Of a DNA stretch of 64,000 nt, positions 54,171 to 64,000 are shown one piece after another (the first letter of the stretch is position 1; each line of letters starts with the position of its first letter). The translations under genes and the position numbers were made by a program. Source of the stretch: Azolla caroliniana (Eukaryota; Plantae; Polypodiophyta); assembly GCA_043228905.1 (NCBI GenBank), contig JBHGNT010000017.1, positions 9,858,001-9,922,000 of the forward strand, in the 5' to 3' direction. The notes under the pieces were generated by a model, which was given only the letters and a program-made list of their open reading frames with translations, ran no database searches and had not been told where the DNA came from.

Positions 54171-54401
54171 ATGTCTTAGCAAAATTCGTAAGAATTATAA
54201 TTTTCCGAGTTAAATAGGCTGTAACAAATTTACATATACAATAAAGGTCTATTATTTTTACCTCTAACATTAATTGAAATAAAAGGACTGACACAAGTCG
54301 CTTGCCAGTGTTAGTCTTAGTCTACCTATGGTAATTTTGTTAGGTAGCCTAAATCTGAGGACCGAACTAACATATATTCTCCCACATCTTGTCTTAAATA
54401 G

Positions 54402-57400
54402 GTCGTTTGAAAACTTATCAGACCGGCCTGTTAAGAAAATGAAGCTCCGATATCAGGGCTCTCCGGTAGAGACCCAGAAACAAGTAGTTACCCAGAACGT
54501 GAAGAGAGGAAAGAAACTTCTCTTCAACGTGGAGACTAAATCTCAACCATCTGATGAAGTTAGCCAGAAAAAGATGTTAGCAACTTCTGGTGGTAAGGAC
54601 CTTCTTGACCATGACCTAACGGACAATGAATGGTGTAGGCAGTACGTTGATTCGAAGAAGAAAGTCATGTTGTATACTACAAAGAAGAAGGGCGATGATC
54701 ACCTTGAAAAAGACACTCCCTTTATGTATGGCCATATTTTACAATTTGACTATGAAGATTCTGATTCCCTCAACATTCTTGTCATGACAGACTGCTCTAA
54801 GGGAGTATGTAAAGTGTACCTCTCAGAAGATCGGCTTGTCAAGAAGTGTTGTGGGCCTAAATCTTTTAAACTCGATCTTGAGAGTTCACAAAATCTAATT
54901 GTAACCTTGAGACCATATATACAAGGCCACATAACTCTAAGAGATGCCTCGCCATCCCCGGTAAAGTCCCCAAAAAAGGTCTCAAAGGTGCAATCGAGAC
55001 CGACAAAAAAGAAGATGACAAAAATGTCAAACTCTGAATCATCAAGCTCAACTGAAGATGAGGAAACTAGGGCGACACCAGGTGCTGAGCTAGCATTAGG
55101 TGTCTTGTCATTTGAGCAGAATAAGACTCGCAGAGAGTTAATGCAACGAAAACTGGTGAGAAAAGGGCAAGTCTTCAATTTGCCTATAACACACATTCAT
55201 AGGCCACCAGTAGATGTGAAAACAAGACGAAGAACACTTGAGATCAAAGAGCCTCACCGAATGCATGTTCAAAATCTCAAGGAAAAAATGAAAATAAATT
55301 CACATGCTACAGTTGTGCCTTTTATTGTAATGGTGGATCCGGAAGAATGTTCCACAACTGAGTACTTTGACGTTAGGAAGGATGATCAATACAATTACTT
55401 TGTAATTGGTGGATCACATTCGGCTGAAGCACGTTGACAACTTGTTAGAGACCACCCAACCACTTTCTTCTTCAAGTATGTTGAGTGCAAAATATACGTG
55501 GGCCTCACAACTGAAGAGGCAAAGCTCTTGGAATGGGGCCACAACAATGAGAACGACTACAAGCAGAAAATGTCATCCATCGAACGAATAAGGTTCTTCC
55601 ACCATGAATACCTGGACGTCAAACAAAAGTTCGGTGTAAAGCTACACCCCGACTTATGACGTCAATGCCTTCATGAGGTTGGCATTGTGGTGGATGAGAA
55701 TGTTAAGTCAGATGGTCTTCGTAAATATGAGTCATGGTTTCAACTTGCCTTTAGAGATGGAGAAGTGTGGGACCTACAAGATCAAATTTTTTCGATGTGG
55801 GAGAATAAGGAGGTCAAGGGTCAATGACAAAAGAAATGTAAGGTAGAACCCCAACTTGAATTAAAGTCACAAGTGGCGAAGAAAATTGATTTGACTATTG
55901 AAGAAGCGGCCGACGACATGAAGCTGTCTCTGTGGAGAGCAATGCAAGGCATTAAGGAGGAGCAGCTTTTGGTGTCTGTTTTGCCAAGGGTTGTGGCGAA
56001 AGAATTAAGCCTTGAAGAAATGGTCATTGAGTTCAATAAGTAAGTCTTCTCAAATAGCTAATTAAAACAAATATGGTTTTATATAAAGTTCTAATCTCTA
56101 TTTGTGATTTCACAGTCATAAGGTGTATATGAAGATCCAAGAAGTTATGATAAAACAACTTGGATGTATAACTTGGGAACAAGTGACCGAGAGAGCTAGA
56201 AAAGAAAAGAAAAGAAAAGGATCAACATCCTTCCTTCCACATCTCGAGAGAGCTAGAAAAGGAAAGGATCGTCACGTAGTCAAGGCATACGAAATTGAAG
56301 AAGATGGATGTTTCAAAAAATTTAGCCACAAGAAAGACATTACCAAAGATCTTTACTACAATGTGCTTTGTGGCGATGTCCTTGACATGATCCAGAAAGT
56401 GACAAAGAAAGAATATATGCTACCGATTGCAGATATTCCATACGGATTTCGAATGTGAGGGTCATCATACGACGATGAACCTTTTTGGTTCAAAAAATTA
56501 GAGAAAATGGTCAAGGATTTTGCTAAGCTGACGACTGCATCCTTGTGGAGGATAGTTGTGTTTCATAGTATGGACCAAGGGTACTCGGTAGCTCAAGCTT
56601 TGCGATCTCGTTGCCATGGCATCGAGAACCTTTCCTGGTAAGGATTATTTATAAGTCTCATTCACAATACTTCCTTTCTTAATTTATTGAATCTATTCTT
56701 AACTCGATAAAATATTTGTTATAGGATAAAAACTAGCATCAATAGAGGGCCAACCTTTCGGTTCGTAAATGTCATTGACTACATTACGATTGGCTACTTC
56801 GATGAAATAAAGAAACAAAGAATCAAGGAACATTCTAATGAAGTCGGAGATTCAAATCTGCTAGTATATCCAGCAGTGACACAGAAATTGCGACATGTCA
56901 CCAAGACAGAACGGGAACTTGTCAACCCATACCAAAAACCTCAATGACTTATGATGCGCCTGATCAAAATGTTCTCTATAGAAGGAGATTGGATATTAGA
57001 CTTGTTTTCTGGCACAGGTATTCCTCGAACTAGGTTTATGTTGTTGAGATAATCAATACTGATTCTTTTTTGTTTGAAAACTAATTCTTCTTGTCGCTTT
57101 CTTCACAAGGACAACATATGGATGTGCATTGAAGCTCTTCAGAAACATTGTTGCATTGGAGAAGGACGAGGAGCAGGTTATATTTATAAATATGAGGATA
57201 AGGCCTTGTGGGAATGCCCAGACCGGGACGAGGAGGTCAGTGCAAAGCACATCGCTGATACCGAAAGGTTTCAACCTGCATCACAAGAGCCTGTTCCTCC
57301 ATTAGCCAAGGAACCAGGGGAGCTAATTGAGCTTGATGATGAGCTTATAGAAGATCTTACGGTGTCTCAGCTAACAGGGGAAGACAATGCACTTATAGCT

Positions 57401-57463
57401 GAAGAGACTTCTATAAGGGATTACAAAGATAATGACGTTGACGATTTGATTGCTATGTGGTAG
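54402..57463 (+). pseudogene. Intron-containing ParB/Srx-like domain plus beta-class N6-adenine/N4-cytosine DNA methyltransferase fusion
   Basis: Exons ~54402-56039, 56116-56637, 56725-57017 and ~57109-57463. ParB-like YFVIGGSHSAEA...CKIYVGLTTEEAKLLEWGHN...MSSIER. MTase motifs LCGDVLD, DIPY (56432-56443), W|IK, NPYQKP, GDWILDLFSGTG|TT and RNIVALEKD. Confidence 0.8.
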
Positions 57464-58249
57464 ACTCTTTTGTTGAAGAAGTGTAATGTTATGAATTCAA
57501 ATTACTGATACAAATTTTGGGTTCTACTTGGTGTACTCCATTCTTTATATTCTTCTATATGTTTCAATTTTATTTCTATATACTTGGTTTGTTGACTTTA
57601 TGACATCGGTTTCACTACATGTATTGCTAATTGTAAATATGGAGAAATATGAATTAGTTTGCCTTAAGGCTAATATCAGTAAACATTAACTAAATATAAT
57701 ATGCGCGTAGAATTGTCGCCATGACTGTCCATGTCGTTAATTGAGATCAATTGTCAAGTCCGTCATACCGTGTCTAATATATGCTATTACAGTCCATATA
57801 TTATGGATCTTTGTCTTCTATTACTACCTATAATATGTAGTGTGTTCTTAATTATCAAACTATTATGGATCTTTGTCTTCTATTCCACTAGCATTATGGT
57901 TCGGAGTTTGATCCCATGTTCATCACCTATGGAGTAGATTAGATCAACTTTAAATACAAGTATTGAAAGCCTTAATAGGTTTGTTATTTCAATCACATTA
58001 TCCTAAAGTTCACTATCTTACATTGTCCACAATTATATACATACGAGTATGGGTCAAAGTATAAATTATAACTCATTTTATTAGTATGGTTACAAGTACA
58101 CCTCATATTTTTGCAAAACTTACCCAAAAAATATAAGTCTTTAACTGAGTGCTTGCCATGTCGCACACTAGTGTGATATTTAGCCATTGTTGAACTTTAT
58201 TATAATGGCATTAACTTATCGACACATCCAAAATTAAATGAATTTCTAA

Positions 58250-61101
58250 TGTCCTCATGTTTTTTTAAGTTTGCAAATTCTAATCAAGTTGTGGAACATG
58301 TGAAACTAGTGCATCCAATTTTTGTAGAGAGGGTATATTTGGATATTTTCAAGAAGAATCTACAAGTGGAATGCGAAAACCTTCCACTTGTGAATGCGAA
58401 CGTGTTAGTTAAGATTTGGAGTAAAACCAAATATGCAAGATCTTAAAATTTTGGGTTGCCTTTCATACGCATTCGTTCTTGCTCAAAAACGATCCAAGTT
58501 AGAACAAAGAGCTAGAAAAGGGATTTTTGTTGGGTACGGAGATGCAAACGGCTACAAAGCTTACCGTTTATTCGACCCAACCAAGAACACTTTCTTTTAT
58601 AGTCGTACCGTCAAATTTGATAAGTCACCTTTTCTTGCATCCACGACACCAACACATAACCTTAAAAATAATACTTGTGAAGGAGCCAAACAATTAGATG
58701 ATGATGTCGCCACCGTTCGCCAATCTCATAACAATGTTGCCGCTGGCATACGCCGCCCTATAAACAGAGCCGCCGCCACCGTTGCCTTCTGTCGTCCACA
58801 CAATAGTGTTGCTGATGATGTCAGTTGCTCTCCAAACTGTGTTGTCGCCATCCACTTCTGCTGCCAACACAACAATGCCACTACTGACTTCCGCCGCCTC
58901 CCAACCAACGCCGCCGCCACCTCCCAAATAGCAGAGCCGCCGATGCCGCCTTTTGCCACCAACACAACATCGATGATGATGATAAACCGACAAAAGAATG
59001 TTGATGCCGTGGTTTTCGCCGCCAGCAATCGATCAAAGAAAGTTGCCAATATCATCGCCACCTCTCACTTCGATGAAGCCTCTGATGTTGTCAATCATTA
59101 TGTGGTAATCTCTCGCTCTTTTATTCATGCTGATTAGCCACTACCTCTACCCCTTGCACCTCCTCCAATCTCTCCTGCACATCGCCCCTTGGATCTCTTC
59201 CCATCTCCTCTACTCCAAGAACTCCTCCCGTTCGACTCTGTTTGCATAAAAAACCAACATTTAAATTCAAAGTTAATAAAAATAAAAGTAAAAGAAAAAT
59301 AAACCTTTAAAACTAACCAACCAACATAAAAGAACTACCCAACCTAAACAAACTAACTACATATACCCTCATGTTGATATTGGTTTCACCCCATCCAACT
59401 CTACACATTATGATGACCTCACACACACACCTTCTACATCAACCTCGTCTTCACCACACTTAAATACATTAAACACTTTACCACTCTCTTTATCAAATTG
59501 CCCGAACTCTAATCAATATGCCCTTGAAAGCTCTCAAACCCATCAAGTCATTCTCCCACTTCTTCTTCACTCACCTGACATTACTAGTGATTTTTCAACC
59601 AACCCAAAATGACAATCCTCGCAAGACTATCCAAACTCATATGATAACGACTCACCACTTCACTGTACGCGCTCCTTGTCCGATATCTATAAGGAACTCA
59701 ACCAAATCGAGGCACACTTTGTGAACCTAGATATGGACGCTCTCATAGTTGAAGAAGAACCGGATACCGCAAATGAATTAATTATTACCGTTCGAGAAGC
59801 GTTGTCTAGTACCGATGGCCCTAAATGGAGAGCAGCTATGGAAGAGGAGATGGTAGTCTTATTAAAGAACGAAACTTGGAGCCTTGTCAATCCACCACTT
59901 GATCAACAAATTGTTAGTTGTAAGTGGGTTCTTCGGAAGAACACCAATGCCACTGGAAATATTCTACGTTTCAAAGCTTGTCTCATAGTGCATGTTTTTC
60001 GCACTTACCCGGAATCGACTTCAAAGATACATTTTGCCCTACATTGCGAACTATCACATTTCGCATATTTGTCTCTCTCGCCGTCGAACTTGATTTGGAA
60101 CTCCATCACTTAGATGTTCAAACCGCTTTCTTTCATGGAGAATTTGAAGAAGAGATCTATGTGGAACAACAACCACCGCATTTTGAAGATTCAACTCGAC
60201 CAAATGTTGTATGTCACTTACATCGATCGTTATACGGTCTTCGACAATATCCACGAGTTTGGTATCATCGATTTCATAATTTTCTAACTAACAATGGTTA
60301 TAAACGATTAAAGAATGAACCAAATGTATACATAAAAAGAGCTAAGAATAATTTCATCATACATTGCAAGCCTATCTCTACACCCATGTCAACTCCATGC
60401 AAATTATCCATTGAAGATGCTCCTAGAACTATTAAAGAACGAGATGAAATGCTCAATGTTCCTTACGAGAAAATTCTTGGATGTATACGCTACCTAGTTA
60501 GTTGTACACGTCCCAATTTATGTTTCACTGCTGGAATTCTTTCAAGATTTATGCAGGATCCCAGACCAAAACATTGGCAAGAATTAAAATGACTACTACG
60601 TTACCTAAAACGAACAAAAGATATGGTGTTAACTTACTCCAAATCTTGAAGGATGGACCAATCCATCACAATTGTCTGGTTGGACGGACTCGGATTGGGG
60701 AGGAAATATTGATGGTCGTAAGTCAACAAGTGGCTTCGTATATTGTCTCGCCGGAGCCACTATAGCATGACTAATCTTCAATGAAAGCCGAAAATGTAGT
60801 TGTCGCAATAGCTGCTAAAGAAGGAGTATGGATTCATTCTATACTTGAAGAACTTAACTTGTTTAAGACTTCAAAGCTAATCCTTCATTGTGATAATCAA
60901 TCATGTATAATGTTAGCTTGTTATCCGAAAATGAGTGCTAATATTCAACATGTCTCTGTCAAGCATCACTTTCTATGAGACTTAATCAAAGAGAAGAAGC
61001 TAGATTTGAAGTTTGCGTCTACAACACTAATGTGGGCCGATTTTCTAATGAAGCCAGTACCTCAAACAAAGCATATCGCTTGTTAGCGAAAGATTGGTCT
61101 A
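58250..61101 (+). mobile_element. Old degraded Ty1/Copia pol (INT C-terminus, long low-complexity linker, RT, RNase H); no LTR recognised
   Basis: RSKLEQRARKGIFVGYG, HLDVQTAFFHGEFEEEIY, LYGLRQYPRVW and HCDNQSCI. Confidence 0.85.
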
Positions 61102-61201
61102 NNNNNNNNNNNNNNNNNNNNNNNNNNNNNNNNNNNNNNNNNNNNNNNNNNNNNNNNNNNNNNNNNNNNNNNNNNNNNNNNNNNNNNNNNNNNNNNNNNN
61201 N
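61102..61201. other. Assembly gap (100 N)
   Basis: Run of N; adjacency across the gap is unverified. Confidence 1.
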
Positions 61202-64000
61202 ACGACGCCTCGCCGAACGGCAAAGACGGCGTGAGACTTTCCAGCAAGCAGCGCACGAAATTCGCTCGGATCGTTCGTTCTCCAACGAGATCCGGAGAGT
61301 CGCGGAGGAATCTCTTCGGTTACAGCAAACTCGCGACCAGGACGACGGAAGCAGTCTAAGTAGTCTCCGGGAAACCGAACGCCTCCTCGAGGCGCTGGCA
61401 AGCGGAGAAAACAAGGCAGAAGCCTTTTCAGCCTACGAATCGGATTCCGAAGGGGGATACAACGTGCACACGAACTACCGGAGCAGCAACGATACCCCGG
61501 CGGCCCGGAGGACGACGGGTCGGATACCGTGCCGACTCCAGAACCGGAACCGCTCGACCAGGGCTATCCGGAACCGCAAACGGAAGCCGTCAATCCACCA
61601 ACACCGGAAGTGGAAGAAGCAAAGCCACCGACACCAACGAAAGAGCCGGTGAAGGAACCGGAAAAAGAACCGGAAGAGGAACCGGAAAAAGCACCGGCAA
61701 AAGAACCGGAAGTGGAACCGGAAAGATATCAACAAACGCCACTAAACCGCGGCCTAATACTGGACGACAACATGCCGTTCCAATACTCAAAGTATCGCGA
61801 TGATCCGGACGCGGAAGCGCATGTTCATGCCTTCGAGCAGACATGGGAAGCAAATCACACGTCCCAGCGAATGACACCGGAGGAAGAAGAACGCTCGAAG
61901 ATAGCGGAATTCGGGGTCACGTTGGAAGGACCAGCGACACGATGGCGGCGGACGCAGGACCCGGCGACCATCACAACCTTTGCAGAATTAAAAGCAAAAT
62001 TCTTGCATTTTTTCCACAAGGAGGTCGACCAGACGACAATGGTGGGCCTGTTTTATACGATCCGATAGGAGGCAGGGGAAAGCATTCCCCAATTCGTCAT
62101 CCGTTTCCAACGAATGCATAGCCAGCTTGCCCGTGCACCCCCGGAGGAGGAATTACGGACGATATTTTTAAACGCACTCCGGGAACCGTTACGCACGGTG
62201 TGTACGGTAATCGACTTTCGAGGAAGCACCATTGACCAGGTCATTGACCGGGTCAGAGAAATGGAAAAGTCAAGCTCATGGCTTACACTGGGAACACTGC
62301 AACGGGCGTTACCCACCGATGAAGATCTCCGGTTCCGGCAGGCAATTCAATGCACAATCTGCTTGAATGTCGGACACTCGGCAGTGGAGTGCACCATGCG
62401 AACTCAGTGTGTGATTTGTCAATCCAAGAGTCATACAACGGACCGGTGCGAGTATAACCTGTTAAACCGACAAGCACCACCCGTCCGACGGATCGAGCCA
62501 TCGTCGTCGTCCCAAAGAGTGGGCTTCATCCGGCCGGTAAAGAAAGCGACGTGGCTGAGCCCCATCGTCGTCGTCCCAAAGAAGAACGGTAAAATCCGCG
62601 TGTGTGTAGATTACAGGAAACTAAATGCAGCCACAATTACGGATGCATTCCCTCTTCCGTTCACGGATGGATTACTGGATGCCGTCGCCGGCCATGAAGT
62701 TTATAGCTTTTTAGACGGGTTCAGCGGATACAATCAAATCCGGATGCACCCTGACGACCAGGAGAAGACAGCGTTCGTCACCGAATGGGGGGTGTTTGTG
62801 GCCGAAGTAATGATGTTCGGATTAAAAACGGCACCAGCAACTTTCCAGCGAATCATCATGGAGATCTTCGGCGAATACATTCCAGCCTTCATGCAGGTGT
62901 TCCTGGATGACTTTGCAGTCTATAGCCGGGAAAAAGACCATTTGCAGCACCTACGGTTATGCCTTGAAAAGTGTAGGTTATACCGGCTAAGCTTAAAACC
63001 ACCAAAATGCATCTTTGGGGTTTCAAGTGGAATCTTACTGGGACACATTGTAAGTAAGGAGGGCATTGCGGTCGACCCGGACAAAGTAAACGCGATACTA
63101 GGGGCACCGGCGCCGAAAACGGCCAAAGCACTAAGCCGATTCTTAGGACAGATCCGGTGGCACAGCCGGATGCTCCGTCACTTGGCTGACTTGGCTACAC
63201 CATTACACACCGTGGTACATCGGACACCATTCCAATGGAACGGATACGGAGGATAAGGCATACAATGCCCTGAAGGTACTTTTGTCGCAAGCACCCGTCG
63301 TGCAGCCTCCGGATTGGAGCAAGGAATTTCATGTGTTCGTTGACGCTTCCGACATCGCTATCGGCAGCGCCTTAATGCAACTTACGGAGCCCAAATGGTA
63401 CCGGCCGGTATATTACGCCAGCCGGAAGCTGTCCCAAGCGGAGAAGAACTATTCGACTACGGAACGGGATGCCCTGGGCATGATCTACAGTCTCACAAAG
63501 TTTCGTCATTACCTATTGGGAAGGAAGTTCTCCTTTCATGTGGATCACTCGGCGCTCCTGTACTTAGTGTCCAAGGCGTCCCTGACCGGTAAGTTGGCCC
63601 GTTGGACCTTGCTGTTACAGGAGTTCGAATTCGAGATCTTCCACCGGCCCGGTATCCAGCATGCCGTAGCAGACTACCTGAGCCGGTTAGAGTCCGGAGA
63701 ATCAGGCGACGGAGTATCGAATGAATTCCCGGACGCAGAGTTATTCCGTATCACCCCGGAAACGGCAGCGGACGACACGGTGGCATCAGAAGATAGGTGG
63801 CTGACAAACATGCACCAGTTCCTAAGCACGGGCCTGCCACCGGAGGAAATGAACCGGGACGAGAGGAAACGACTGGCGGTGCAGAGCCGCAATTTCTGTC
63901 TGTTGCGGGACACTCTCTACCACAAAGGAGCAGTTGGAATATGGAGACGGGCAGTCCGTAGTGACGAGAAACAAGTAATCTTACGGGAAGCACACTGTGG
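61202..64000 (+). mobile_element. Ty3/Gypsy copy C; internally deleted (gag joined to RT), continues off the window end
   Basis: Near-identical to copy B gag and pol; ~1.8 kb missing at ~62500. Confidence 0.93.

Noticed and set aside
54402-57463. Bacterial or phage contamination as the source of the MTase
   Set aside because: The gene has phase-consistent spliceosomal introns, shows methylation-type decay, and is contiguous with plant retroelements with no gap in between.
38289-58250. Terminal inverted repeats for the putative Sola2-like element (e.g. ~38885-38920 versus ~57700-57735)
   Set aside because: Only weak, patchy complementarity and no TSD; boundaries are left undefined.
58680-59137. 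Ala/Asn-rich ORF extension as a separate gene
   Set aside because: It is in frame with the Copia integrase C-terminus and is a low-complexity INT-RT linker.
60975-61652. 225-aa ORF joining Copia and Gypsy sequence
   Set aside because: It spans the 100-N gap and is an artefact.

Overview
Repeat-saturated land-plant heterochromatin (PPR wording suggests a fern or other non-seed plant; this is inference). No intact host gene, rRNA, tRNA or CRISPR array was found. The window holds three copies of one non-chromovirus Ty3/Gypsy family (one complete, 40140-49926, with 419-bp LTRs, CACTT TSD and a large extra 3' ORF), a diverged relative, a nest of Ty1/Copia elements, a full-length L1-type LINE that appears to carry a transduced PPR gene fragment, a 1.2-kb inversion proven by two TSD pairs, and several tandem arrays. 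The most striking feature is at ~50.7-57.5 kb. A decayed, intron-containing Sola2-like DDD transposase is followed by a second spliced gene that, once reconstructed across its introns and TGA stops, encodes a ParB/Srx-like domain fused to a beta-class N6-adenine/N4-cytosine DNA methyltransferase (DIPY ... NPYQKP ... DLFSGTGTT). This looks like a phage/prokaryote-type ParB-MTase domesticated as cargo of a plant DNA transposon. All family assignments come from motif recognition by eye; no database search was run.
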